A stretch of DNA of 63,190 bases, filler included, from Octopus bimaculoides (Eukaryota), in NCBI RefSeq assembly GCF_001194135.2. It is 5 parts of 4 records of this genome, joined end to end, with 100 filler letters (N's around TTAATTAATTAA, not from the genome) between each part and the next. Parts side by side here need not be neighbours in the genome. Positions count along the whole stretch, not along the records: positions 20,068 to 43,431 come from NC_069001.1; positions 43,532 to 60,822 come from NC_068983.1; 3 more parts are not named here. One strand, 5' to 3'. Below are positions 35,847-49,503 of this stretch, one piece after another. A model generated the notes under the pieces. The model saw only the letters and a program-made list of their open reading frames with translations. It had not been told where the DNA came from and made no database searches. Every line of letters begins with the position of its first letter. Position 1 is the first letter of the stretch. The translations under genes and the position numbers were made by a program.

Positions 35847-38800
35847 CAGTGATAATGAGAGAGAGCGAAAGGGAGAGAGAGAATGAATATGCTAAAGTGA
35901 GAAAGCGATAGAGTGATAATAAGTGAGAGAAAGGGAGTGAGAGTGAGAAGGAGGAATAGAGAGAGAAAGAGAGAATGATAGTGAGAGAGAGGGTGGGAGC
36001 AAGCGAGAGGAAGAGAGACGAGAGCGGTGCTCCATGGGTACATATGTGTGTGTGTGTGTGTGTGTGTTTCTGGGTGCGTGGGTACATGCACCGGTGTATG
36101 TACGTCTGTGGGTGTATGCGCGTGAGTGTGTGTGTGCATGTGTCTATGTGTGCATGTGTCTGTATGCGTGTGTCTGTGTGTGCGTGTGTGTGTGTGTGTG
36201 TGTGTCGGCATGTGAGTGTGACAGGTGTTGCGATTATACTGAGNNNNNNNNNNNNNNNNNNNNNNNNNNNNNNNNNNNNNNNNNNNNNNNNNNNNNNNNN
36301 NNNNNNNNNNNNNNNNNNNNNNNNNNNNNNNNNNNNNNNNNNNNNNNNNNNNNNNNNNNNNNNNNNNNNNNNNNNNNNNNNNNNNNNNNNNNNNNNNNNN
36401 NNNNNNNNNNNNNNNNNNNNNNNNNNNNNNNNNNNNNNNNNNNNNNNNNNNNNNNNNNNNNNNNNNNNNNNNNNNNNNNNNNNNNNNNNNNNNNNNNNNN
36501 NNNNNNNNNNNNNNNNNNNNNNNNNNNNNNNNNNNNNNNNNNNNNNNNNNNNNNNNNNNNNNNNNNNNNNNNNNNNNNNNNNNNNNNNNNNNNNNNNNNN
36601 NNNNNNNNNNNNNNNNNNNNNNNNNNNNNNNNNNNNNNATATATATATATATATATATAAACATAAACATATTGCATGAATATATTCACACACACACACA
36701 TACATATATATATACAAATACGCACACGCACACACACATACGCTTAAATTCATCCATACATGTTTGTGTGTGTGCGTACGTGTGTACGATCGCACGCTCG
36801 CACACACACACACACACACACACGCGCGCAATCACGCAAGCACACACAGCTCAGCAGTTAAGCAACAGAAGCATCGAAACAATATTATTTGTATTTTTTT
36901 TCTTCTTGTTTTTTTCAATGTCGCACCTTCTCACGGTGTATCTGTAGATATATATGTACGGATGTACGTATGTATCTACCTGCATGTCTGTCTATCTATC
37001 TGTTTTCTTTCTATGTATATATATATGTATACGGGTGTGTGTGTGTATATAGACACACACCCACACAATCATACACATACACATATATAACATTTGGTTA
37101 TATGCTACTTCATATTTGGTTCCGTGTTACTTCAAGTTTCGCACGCCTGACGGGAGCCCGGATCCTTCTGGAATACCTTCATCGTGCGTCCACCCACTCC
37201 TATATACTCACATAGACATAAATACAAACACAAACAGTTTCAGGAGATAAGAGCTGAGGGTGCGTGTTTCTGTCTCAGTAGCTATCATCAACACATGTCT
37301 GACCTTATCTCACTACAAAAGATAGTAGAGCACGTTTGTAGCCCTTAGTAATTTACATAAGAGAAATTACACAGTGCGGTTAATGTCATAGACAAATACA
37401 TGAAGGGCAAGTTTTAACCACTGCCTCAACGCGGCTCGGTTCGGCACGACAAGGACAAGTTTTAACAAACTGCCTTCATTGCCTTGCGTGATTGACCTAG
37501 CGATTGAACCTGCATGACTATATCCTCCATTACTAACCAACTAACGTGTCCACTCGCCAATTGACTTGTATGACAATTAGAGGTGAAAATTAAAACTTTT
37601 AAACTTTTTCTACTGATTTTTCTGTTTACGTTAGACTGTTTCACGGGTGATAACTCGATCGCTCATTATCTCGGAGCAGGAGATAACTCGATCAGTATAT
37701 TTTGAAAGACCATCGATAAGTAAGCATTATTGGTTTCCCCCACCCCCATCCCTCTTGTGCACCTCAAAATCATTAAAATCTTTCTTTAGCGTATTCTTCT
37801 GCCATCACTTAATTACCCACGATATAATAATGTAAATGCTTCGCAAGTGCTGAATGGATTTTAAGGTCGTGCTGTACCTTTCTCCAATTTCACATTCTGA
37901 AATGTTCTTGTAGCATTCTAAAAAAAAAATTCCTGAGATCTAGGTAAAATGAGGCGTGTGTAATTATGTGAACAGGCGAAAAATTAACTTATTCAGAAAA
38001 GATATCAGTATTATATGTCATCGTATTGATAGCATATATAATACAAAACCACATAAAAAATATAAAGAAAGAAGAAAAACAAAAAAGAGGGGGGGGAACA
38101 AATGAATTTAACACCTCAATTGATCGTACCCGTTCAATGGAACCTCCTGAAGCAAGCCAGCGGAATTACCAGACGCGATGGCGAGGCTAAGGCGTTGGAA
38201 CAGCCGATATAATGAATAGTTCCAATATTCACATGCGCCCTCTATACAGGTTAATGCGGCAGATCCAAAAATGCCATTATCTCTCACCATAAAAAGTGTC
38301 GCCCGGGGCGGAGTAAAGACGGACGAAATGCCGTTAAGCATTTTGTCCGGCGTGCTAACGATTCTGCCATCTCATCGCCTGAAAATATCAACTGTTGATT
38401 CGTTTGGATTTCTTTAGAACAGCACAAAAAAGGTCTCTAAATGTTTAAACAAGTTTTAGAGAATAGTAAAATACAGATGGGATGAAAGAGTCGCCGAAGA
38501 GGTCACTGGTGTGTGACAAAAGATTTCCAAACAATGGACATAAGATAAAATAAGAATAATAATAAACGAGTCAAGAACGAAAGTGCGTGTTTCATTGGCA
38601 AGAAAAGAAGGGGAAAAAAGAGGCCATCCCAAAATATGAGTTTTAGAGTTATCTCCCTTGAACCTTCCACTGTTCTCTTTGCTTTCTTTGTTTCTTAAAT
38701 TTTCTCATCGATCTTAAACAGGAGCGTGATAATTTGATAATTGTGATTATATTGTGGTTATAGACTTGGTTTGCTGAAAAGAAGGGAGAGATCTTGTCGA

Positions 38801-39309
38801 ATTTCATCCGACCACTTGAAGTTTTTCAAATTTTGCCCTCATTATTTNNNNNNNNNNNNNNNNNNNNNNNNNNNNNNNNNNNNNNNNNNNNNNNNNNNNN
38901 NNNNNNNNNNNNNNNNNNNNNNNNNNNNNNNNNNNNNNNNNNNNNNNNNNNNNNNNNNNNNNNNNNNNNNNNNNNNNNNNNNNNNNNNNNNNNNNNNNNN
39001 NNNNNNNNNNNNNNNNNNNNNNNNNNNNNNNNNNNNNNNNNNNNNNNNNNNNNNNNNNNNNNNNNNNNNNNNNNNNNNNNNNNNNNNNNNNNNNNNNNNN
39101 NNNNNNNNNNNNNNNNNNNNNNNNNNNNNNNNNNNNNNNNNNNNNNNNNNNNNNNNNNNNNNNNNNNNNNNNNNNNNNNNNNNNNNNNNNNNNNNNNNNN
39201 NNNNNNNNNNNNNNNNNNAAAAAAAAAAAAGACATTTACTCTATGCTGCTCTTTTCTGCAACAATATCCCCCCCCCCTTCCATTGGTCTGTGGCACAGAT
39301 ATTTAATAA

Positions 39310-40790
39310 AAATGGATACTCTGAACAAATTTGAAGAGAATAAAATCAATGTGTTTGAAATGAGGGTGTATAAGGGAATGTTAAGTGTTTCTTACAAGGA
39401 CCCCTGGACATATGAATGGGTGTTACAAATAGGTGAAAGACAACAACTCATGAACATTGTGAGAAAACGAAAGCTCGTCTACGAGGGTGGGCCGAAAAGT
39501 CCATAGGCCAACTATATAGAAGTAAGGTTAGAGCTGTGAAATCTTGCATGCATTAATTTTAACTCATCTTATTAAGAGCTGCATTGTTTCTTTCCAGACA
39601 AACTGACATCTGCTTCCTCAAAGAAGACTTCAAAAGTAACTAGTAGTGACTTCTGTTGCAAAATGGGCAAAATTTGGCATTGCGAATTTATCAAGTGCCT
39701 GCAGAAAAAATGGTTTAGCTCCCAACGATATTCATGCTCACATGGTTGCTACATTAGGGGATAGATGCTCCAGCTTGACCAACAATACAAAAATAGGCAG
39801 CTGAATTTAGGAAGGAATGGGAGAGTCTTGAAGGTCTGGACGTTTTGCAGCTGCTACCACCAACGAAAACATTGATCGTGCTCACCACATGGTGAAGGAT
39901 GACAGGCAAATGATTATAAGCCAAATAGCCTATTCTGTTAGAATATCTCGTGAAGGAGTTGAGAATATTCGGCACACTGAACTTAGCATGACAAAGGTTT
40001 CTGCTCGGTGGGTGCCATGTCTTCCGACACCTGATCGAAAGTGTGTTAGGTTGATCACATCATGGAAAAATCTGACATTGTTTGAAGCAGTACCAGCTGG
40101 TTTCCTTGGACGTTTCCTAAGCTAGGATCAGTGTTGGATTCGTCACTTTGAACCAGAGACAAAAAGACAATCCGCGCAGTGGAAACCCCTTCTCACCTGC
40201 TCCAAAGAAACCAGGGTCGTTTCATCTGTGGAGAAGATGATAAACTCCGTTTTGCAAAAGGCATTGTATTTATTTATTATCTTCAAAGAGCCACAGCATC
40301 AATGGAGATTACGATGCCAACATGCTGAGGATGTTACGAAAGGCTCTCAAGACCAAACGCCCAGGAAAACTGACAAAAAGGGTTTTGTTTCATCAGGACA
40401 ATGTTTCGGCACACAAATCCTTCGTTTCGAGGGCTGTGGTACATGAGTGTGGTTTTGAACTGGTTGACCACTGTCTTTATTCTCCTAATTTGGCCCCATC
40501 TGACTATCATCTGCTCCCCAACATAAAATAAATTCTTGGCTGGGAAACAGTAACGCAGTGATGATGACGTCATATCCGCTGTTGACGTTTTTTTGAGCAA
40601 CAAGATGAAAGCTTCTTCGGCAACAGGATCCAAGCGCTGCAATATGATTGGAAGAAGTGTGTGGATCGCAAGGAAGACAATCTTGAAAAACGACCTCATT
40701 TGGTCTCACTCTGTGAGAGTATCTTGGTCAGCCTATGAACTTTTCAGCTGACCTTTGTATTATGGCCATATTCTATTATGCTGAGATGTA
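39310..40790 (+). mobile_element. RTE C-terminal fragment (39310-39479 + 40760-40790) interrupted by the mariner
   Basis: KINVFEMRVYKGMLSVSYKD..EWVLQIGERQQLMNIVRKRKLV[Y | mariner |]YGHIL. Confidence 0.8.
39480..40759 (+). mobile_element. Full-length degenerate mariner transposon
   Basis: TIRs TACGAGGGTGGGCCGAAAAGTCCATAGGC and (reverse complement) TACAAAGGTCAGCTGAAAAGTTCATAGGC; TA at both ends; motifs ARWVP, S*DQCWIRHFEPETK, HQDN, YSPNLAPSDYHL, WKKCVD; 1280 bp. Confidence 0.95.
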
Positions 40791-41076
40791 GAAAAAAAAG
40801 GGGGGGGGGAAAGGGTTTATGAATACAGCCCCTATGTGATTGTTCAAATTGCTGGAACTGGCAGTTAAGTTTCCTGCAGATTTTGTCTTCTAGTTTTACA
40901 AAGAAAGGAAGGATGTTGGGTGATATGGTCTCAGAAAAGACAATCTCTCTGGTGGTGAGACAGGATGATCATGGTTGGAATCATGGTCTTATAATGGCTA
41001 TATATCAAGTGGGTCATGCTGACCTAAGAGTAAACAACAATAATGAATACATATTATATATATATATATATATAAA

Positions 41077-41162
<86 letters not shown>

Positions 41163-41749
41163 CATATATACACACACATGCATACACACAATCACATATA
41201 TTTGCGTGTGTGTATATGTGTGTGTGTGTGTATGTATGCATATCTATCTATCTGTCTGTTTATCAATCTGTCTGTCTATCAATCTGTCTGTCTGTCTGTC
41301 TGTTTATCTATCTATCTATCGATCTATGTCTATCTATCTATCTATTGATCTATCAATCTATTTATCAATCTATATATGTATGTCTGTGTGTGTGTGTGTG
41401 AGAGTATAAATATGTATGTATGTTTGTATGTTTGAGTGTACATACAAATTCACACGCACACACACACACACACGCGCGCGTAGGGCAAAGATATTTGTGC
41501 AGCTGTGAAACACATGCCTGGACTTGCAGATTCAGGCTCAGAATAGGATGGGCCGTTTAGAGAGGGTGAAGCAACCAGGACAAGAGACATCGTTAAAGCA
41601 ATAAAAAAAAATGAGAATATGTCACAACAACAACAACAACAACAACAGTGATAAAAACGAAACCCAAAAAAAAACAATATCAGAAAAACATCAACAGCCA
41701 CAGCAATAACAACAACATCAACAAATACAACAGCAGCAAAGATGATGAT

Positions 41750-42130
41750 GATCATCATCATGATCATCAGCATCATTTATTATCCGCTTTCTATGCTGGC
41801 ATGGGTTGGACGGTTTGACTGAGGACTGGCAAGCCAAGAGGCTGCTCTGGGCTCCAATTTGATCTGGCAAGGTTTCTACAGCTGGATGCTCAAATGGTGC
41901 TTTTTGCATGCCACGGGCACTGGCATTGGCCACGTTCAAATGATGCTTTTTACGTGCCACCGGCATGGGTGCCAGTGAGGTGGCACTGGCATCAGCCATG
42001 CCAGGTCTTCTCAAGCACAGCAGATCTCCAAAGGTCTCGGTCTTTTGTCATTGCCTCTGTGTGGCCCAATGTTCGAAGGTCGTGCTTGACCACCTCATCC
42101 CAGGTCTTCCTAGGTCTACCTCTTCCAGAG
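41750..42130 (-). mobile_element. RTE 3' end with (GAT)n tail
   Basis: Reverse complement encodes GRPRKTWDEVVKHDLRTLGHTEAMTKDRDLWRSAVLEKTW, followed by the same UTR type as 20068-20412. Confidence 0.87.
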
Positions 42131-42199
42131 GTTGATAGAAAACAATAACAACAACAAATAATAATAATAATAATGATAATAATAATAATGATAATGATA

Positions 42200-42231
<32 letters not shown>

Positions 42232-42584
42232 AACTCACATCCTGATAATAAACTTGTATTGACAATAACAACAACAACAACAACAGCGACAAATATAACA
42301 ATGCACAAAACATGCCAATGAAAGAGCTTTTTTATGGTTGCTTGACCTGATAGAAATAACAGCTAGATCTATAACAGGCTACAGCCTACTGTCATAAGGT
42401 TGGCTACATTGGGTAATGTAGCCCAAGGTTCCCTGTGCCTAATAAACAAGATGTGAAATGAATTTGATCATCGTTCTGCAGGATCACGGCTGACCTAGGG
42501 CTAAACAACAAGAAAAACAAGACTAAAAGAACAAGTAAAAGAATAACAACAATAACACCCACAACAACAACAACAACAAAAAGT

Positions 42585-42905
42585 GGCACTCTGTCGCTTA
42601 CGACGTCGAGGGTTCCAGTAGATCCGATTAATGAAACAGCCTACTGGTGAAATTAACATGCAAGTGGCTGAGTACTCCATAGACGTACATACCCTTAATG
42701 TAGTTGTCAGGGAGATTCAGCATGACAGAATGTGACAATGTTGGCCCCTTTTGAATTACAGGTACAACTCGTTTTTGGCAGCTGAGTGGACTGGAGCAAT
42801 GTGGAGTAAAGTGTCTTGCCCAAGGACACAATGCTTCGCCAGGAATTGAACTCACAACCTAACGATCTTGAGCCGATTACCCTAACCACTGAGCCACACA
42901 CCTTC
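42585..42905 (-). mobile_element. SINE family C, full length
   Basis: Reverse of head + CCTTGGGCAAGACACTTTACTCCACATTGCTCCAGTCCACTCAGCTG core + tail. Confidence 0.87.
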
Positions 42906-43431
42906 GCTAACAACGCCAACAACAACATCAGGAGAAACAACAATAACAACTGTAACAACTACAATTGTAATAACAACAACAACAACAGCAGCAGCAGTAA
43001 CAACAATAGCAATTATAATAGCAACAACAACAACAATCACATGAGTAACGACAACAACAAACAACATAATACAAATTATCTTCTTAACTGTAGAACTATA
43101 AAAATTGCAATCAATCAATCAATATAATCAATACTAATCATGTTTCTTTTCTTTCCTTGTTTGTTACTCTCTCTCTCTCCCTCATTCTTTCCCTCTCTCT
43201 CTCTCTCTCACACACACAAATACATACAAAGCACACACATTCTCTCTCTCTCTCTCTCTCTCTTCCTTCCTGTCTTTTATTAGGATATTGGATGTGTCAA
43301 GAGAAAGGGGCTGTGTCCCTGATCTTCGCAGACCCTTTCAGACCAGAGAGACCAAACACGATGTCATTAATACTAATCACCCATTGAAACACATTGCCAA
43401 ACTTCTTTTTCTTTTTCTTTTTTGAGATAAT

Positions 43432-43531
43432 NNNNNNNNNNNNNNNNNNNNNNNNNNNNNNNNNNNNNNNNNNNNTTAATTAATTAANNNNNNNNNNNNN
43501 NNNNNNNNNNNNNNNNNNNNNNNNNNNNNNN
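43432..43531. other. Assembly spacer N44-TTAATTAATTAA-N44
   Basis: Same 100-bp structure, linker at 43476-43487. Confidence 0.95.
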
Positions 43532-44441
43532 TATATATGCATGTGTGTGAGTCGCTGTATAAACAAATGTACAAATATAACATCTACAGATATTGTATGT
43601 ATAGATTTAGGATATATATTTATTTATAAACGTATATGTATCTATATTCATATATATATAGAGAGATAGAGGGGCAGAGAGTCAAACAGACAGATAGACA
43701 GAGACATATATACTTATATACTTTAATATGTATAATATATGTATATATACACAAACATGCATGCGCATATGCAAACATACATATACAAACACACGCATAT
43801 ACAGACACACACATATTTTATATATATATACATATATTGTATTGTTGTGCTGGTTTTCTCTACGAATGAAAAGAAAAAGAAACACTTGGGTCAAATTGAA
43901 TGTCTAAACTTTAAAGCAAATTTATTTTTAACTCTAACTAGAAAATAATTTTAGAATCTGAGAGCAATTAAGGATACAGATCGATACAGTGAATCGAATT
44001 TTTTGAACACAGTAGCTTTCAACCTTTTCGACCATTATTGATCATAAAATATTTTTGGTAAAATTTATTAATCTGAACGGAAATTATTCTCGAAATAAAC
44101 ATTTTGGACATTTTGACGTTATGTGAATTTATCATATTCATTTCTTTGATCTCAATTAACGAAGTTTTCATCCCTCATTCTTTTTCGTACCTTTTCGCTT
44201 TTCCTCTCGCTCTGTGACGTCTGTGTGTGCGTTTCAGCGTGTGTGTCTGTGTGTGTGAGGGTGTATGTGATTGGGTGTGTGTGACTGTGTACGTGTGCGC
44301 ATGCTTGTGAGTGTGTTCATGAATGCAATAATAAGCATATATGGACGAAAATATTCTCATATATACAAAGATATATGTGTAAATATATATATATACATAT
44401 ATATATATATGTATCTATCTCTCTATATATATGCCTGTGAG

Positions 44442-44497
<56 letters not shown>

Positions 44498-47400
44498 CAT
44501 GTATATATATATAGCGTGTGCGCGTGTGTATATGTCTGTGTATGTACAAATATATATGTGTGTATATAGTTACATATATATATANNNNNNNNNNNNNNNN
44601 NNNNNNNNNNNNNNNNNNNNNNNNNNNNNNNNNNNNNNNNNNNNNNNNNNNNNNNNNNNNNNNNNNNNNNNNNNNNNNNNNNNNNNNNNNNNNNNNNNNN
44701 NNNNNNNNNNNNNNNNNNNNNNNNNNNNNNNNNNNNNNNNNNNNNNNNNNNNNNNNNNNNNNNNNNNNNNNNNNNNNNNNNNNNNNNNNNNNNNNNNNNN
44801 NNNNNNNNNNNNNNNNNNNNNNNNNNNNNNNNNNNNNNNNNNNNNNNNNNNNNNNNNNNNNNNNNNNNNNNNNNNNNNNNNNNNNNNNNNNNNNNNNNNN
44901 NNNNNNNNNNNNNNNNNNNNNNNNNNNNNNNNNNNNNNNNNNNNNNNNNNNNNNNNNNNNATATATATATATATATATACTAGCAGCTAAGCCCGGTTTC
45001 ATTTGGTCTGCTTGGATGATGTGGCTGTGATCGTTTACGGTTAGGCATAATCTATAGCAGCGTTTCTCAACCTTATAATTTCGGGTCCCCTGTTTCGATT
45101 GGAGCCTCCAGCTGTATGAAAATTTCCTGACCCCACCACCTTGTCAGAAAACAGCTTCAGGCGTTGTGAAGAACGAATTTCAGTTTCTGAGAGCTATTCT
45201 ATTATGGTGCGGGAAGCGAAATTTTTTTGGCCACAAGAGTTCCGGATCCCAGTAATGAACTCATTTGCATATACCCAATCAGAACTCCCCTTTAACAATC
45301 TACTAAGTAAACTCAAGACGATGAAGTGTTGTAAATCGACCGATCGCCAAGTTATGCCTGATTTTACGAGACAAGTAATTAGATAGATTTGCATCTATGC
45401 CAATTATCGTATTTTGATAGGGCCCCATATGGTAAAGATGTGGATGGGAAAAATGTGGATAGAAGGTGATGTGCTAGAAACCCTCTCTCCTTACTGTTTT
45501 AAAAAGTAAACAACAACACAGATAACTACGCAGAGGCAGCCATGGTTGAAACAAGAACGGCAGCAAAAAGTGTTATTAAAAGAGAAAAGAAGCATGGTCA
45601 TTCCTTACCCAAATGATCTTATCTTATCGCCTATCACTTGTTATGCGGTCATAAATTAGTCTGGTAGTTGATCTCTGATTGGCTGTATGCAAATGAATTC
45701 ATAACCGGGATCTGGAACTTCCGTAGGAGAATATATTTGCGTCCGGGAATCGAATGCACAACCTTACGATCGTAGTTGCAGCGTTTTAACCACTAGTTCA
45801 CACACTTTCACGCATGTGTGTTCGCGAGGGTGTATGTGTATGTTATGTGTGTTTAGTGTATGTTTTTATATTACAATTGTGGTAAAGAGGAAGCGTGAGT
45901 ATAACAATGTGAATAAGAAGTCGTTTCAGAACCGTGTTGTTCTTTTCGGTCCATTCCAGGGCAATGGATGCTTTGCAGGGCTGATACATGGGCCAGTGTC
46001 TTCTAAACACCAAAAAGGTTTTGCCAGTGAATCTGGTAGATCCAAATTCTATGGATGTTCGTTGTGAATGTATGCGCGCTTAGGTGTTTATAATAGTTTC
46101 CCTACTTCTTGACAAAACGGTGTTGGTTTGATTACGTACCTAAAATCTAACACCTCGGCGAAAGATAACAGAGTAAATATCAGGCTTTAAAATTAGGTAC
46201 TGGTACTTATTTTATCAATCCAGAAAATAAAAGTCAAAGTCGACCTCGGCGGTGGAATTTTTTCCGGTGCGGTAACGATACGGCCAGCTCACTGCATTGT
46301 ATGATATAGATAAATATTGTTTTGAAATTTTGACACAAGGCCAGCAATTTCGGGGATGGTGTAAGTCGATTAAATCGACCCCAGTACTCAACTGGTATTT
46401 ATTTCACCGACCCCGAAAGGGAAAGTTAACCCCGGCGAAATTTGATCTCAGAACGTAGCGACGGATGAAATCCCACTAAGCATTCTACCCTGCGCGCTAA
46501 CGATTTTGCCGGTTCGGCACCTGTTAGGAAATAAATAGATAATATCGCAAAGAATTTTGAACAGGTTCCTGTCTTTCATGTAGGAGATATATCGTAAAAC
46601 AACGGTCTAAACAACATTTATATAACATTAACACAGAAAGTAGATAGCTTCCAACTGTTTTGCTGCACCACTGATACTCTCATGATCATGGATCTTAAGA
46701 GAGATCATTATTATCATAAAAAAGAATTACTATGAGCAAAAAGGAAGACGGTGAGCTCATAAAATGTGTTATCTGTTTTTTTTTGTTTTTTTTTTCTTAC
46801 GTTCTGAATTCAAATTCTGCAGAGATTAACTTGGCTTCTTATCTGTTTGGGGGTCAATAAAAAAAAAAGTACCAGTCAATATACTGGTGGGGGGAAGGAA
46901 GAAAGGGGGCGAGCTGGCAGAATCGTTAGCACGCCGGCCCTATACCTATATCAGAAACCATTATTTCCAACAAAGACACATATTTCAGGAAGTTGTCAAT
47001 CACTCTTATTATTAACTGGTACTGTGTCTATTTGACGCAGGAAGGAGAAAAAGTTAAAATGGGATCGGTGAGATTTGAACTCGAAAGGCAAAGAGCCCAA
47101 AGCGCGTAAGGCTGCAGCACACGGCCACAGTATGTGGTGAAAGGTGGTGCTTGAATTTGAGCATATTTATTCATTCATTCATTATTCATTTTCTCTCATC
47201 AACTTCAATTTATATCTGTGAGTTTGTCTAAGTATTGAAACCAGACTGTTTGTGTAGCGATCAACCAAATGGCTGATCGCTAGCTTAAATGATTTTTCTT
47301 ACAAGAAAGCAGCCTCTATCAAATATTTATTTGTTTATTTGATCTTGTTATGGATTTATCTCATCCTGTCTCTCTTTACTTCGTTTTATATTTAGTTTTA

Positions 47401-49295
47401 GAACTCTGCACTAAGATTAGTGCGGCCTATAAATGTCTTTGACTGTGATTTCCAATAGTTTTATGAGATAGTGTACTTATGGCATACGCTGGCGAGAAGC
47501 AAAGTCGAAAGTCATTTGGTTATATAGCCGCTCTGCTCCAACGTTTCTTATGTATCTCTTTACTTTCGGCACGACACATTTGTAGATCAAATATCTTCCA
47601 GCATATTTCTAAATTCCTTTATTTCCATTTGTATAATAATCTGTTGATTTCTCCGTAGTCTTTCAGAAATGAACTCAAACTGACCGTGCATAATTCTACA
47701 TTAAGATACTGACAATCAATCATACGGTATTTCCTACTGATAGTTATAGCTATTAAACGCTGTGGCGTGACATAAACAGCAGAGAGTCGGTCAAAATTCT
47801 TTCCGCTATTTAGCTTACTTTCTTTTGCGTTTTCTATTCAAATACCTCCGGGATCAACTTCGCTGTTCATTCCTCAAAGGTCGATAAAATAAGTATCTGA
47901 TAAATACTGGGTTAGATTCAATCGACTTAGGCCTCATTTCTTTACAAATGGATGACATTGTACAAATGGGGGGTAAAAAATCAATAATCATCGGTATTAG
48001 CTTCCTTTATGTTAATGCCAACCAGTTTGTTCCATCAATTTTTCTATTTATAACCTATTTTAAGACTTACTATTCATTTTTAAACAGCATTCTCTTGGCT
48101 TCTTTTAGCAAAATGACATTTTAGTTAAATCTTTTTTTTCTTTCAGTCTAAATGCTTTGTTCATTTTTACACCATTTAAGAACAGTAACAACCGGACTTT
48201 TTCTGCCTCTTAGATTCACGTCTGTGTGTCTATATTACATTATGGTTATGCTTGATTTGTTTTTTCTTTTTTAGGCTTTTTAAAAAACAACTTTTCGTAT
48301 TTCTTATTTATTTGGTGGCTTCTTTCTGTCGGTGTCAGAGTTTGCCTCAAGACTTTGGCTGGAGAATTATCACTCTCAAGTACACAGGATTTCGATATTA
48401 CTTTATTTAAATGCAGACGACGTATTGGAAAATGTCTCTTGCAAAGTTTTAAAACACTAATACTTTGAAACGTTACATTTTGAGAGATTGTATTTCAATT
48501 TTAATTAGTGGGTATTGTCTTTCTGAATCCCAAATAGATATGATCAGCTTGCTCTAATCATTATTGAAATTTCTTTGGTAGGTTCGCGATACTGACTTCA
48601 AATTGTTTATGTTCTCATTAATAACATTTATCATGTATAAGGCGACGAGCCAGCAGAATCGTTAACACGCCGGGCAAAATGCTTAGCGGCATTTCGTCCG
48701 TCTGCACGTTCTGGGTCTAAATTCCGTCGAGGTCGACTTTGCCTTTCATTCTTTCAGAGGTCGATAAATTAAGTACCAGTTAAACACTGGGATCGATGTA
48801 ATCGACAAGCACCCTCTCCCAAACTTCCTGGCCTTGAGCCAAAATTTGAAACCAACATTTATTCATGTACTTGTTACAGTCACATAATAAGTACACTTGA
48901 TTGTAATAGGTACATTCTGGAAATGTCACCGTGAAACAAGGGTTGGATCTTTTCACCAAATACAGAATAAGTGAAATTTTACCGCACAATACTAAACAAG
49001 TTGAACATCCTCTTTAATAAAACCTATACACTGCTTATTATAACTTCAGTAGTCTTCAAATAATTCTCACAAATAAATGCCAGGAATGAAGAGGTGTATA
49101 AATTTATATAGAAGTATTTAGATTATAAAATTCTTCTCTTCGTATGAGCTACAAGAAACAACGCTCTCTGAGTGTTTTTCTTCAAGCATGCATATGTATA
49201 TATGTATGTAAGTGTGTGTGCGCGCGCGCGTATATGTGTATGTATATGTATGTATATATGTATATGTATATGTATATACAAACACACACATACAC

Positions 49296-49503
49296 ACGAA
49301 GGGACGCTGAAAAGTTCCTGTCTTTAAGGATATCACCAAAGACCTGGTTGGGCCTCCAGGTTCCGAGTTCTCTTACAGGGCTTAGAAAACTGAATGATCA
49401 CTGCAAAAAGTGCTTGAATCTGAGAGGGGAATACGTTGAATAAAATCATGATTAACTGATCCTCCTGTGTTTTCTTTCAACCAAGACCAGGAACTTTTCG
49501 TAT
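49296..49503 (+). mobile_element. Mariner-derived MITE, same family as 24609-24829
   Basis: ACGAAGGGACGCTGAAAAGTTCCTG ... CCAGGAACTTTTC; encodes GLRKLNDHCKKCLNLRGEYVE*. Confidence 0.85.

Noticed and set aside
37646-37693. Cluster of GATAACTCGATC/GATAA motifs
   Set aside because: Short; similar GGAGATAACTC motifs occur in repeat fragments elsewhere (38646), and no function can be supported.
45058-45420. hAT TIR-like CAGCGTTTCTCAAC with a possible transposase remnant
   Set aside because: No convincing protein motif or second TIR.
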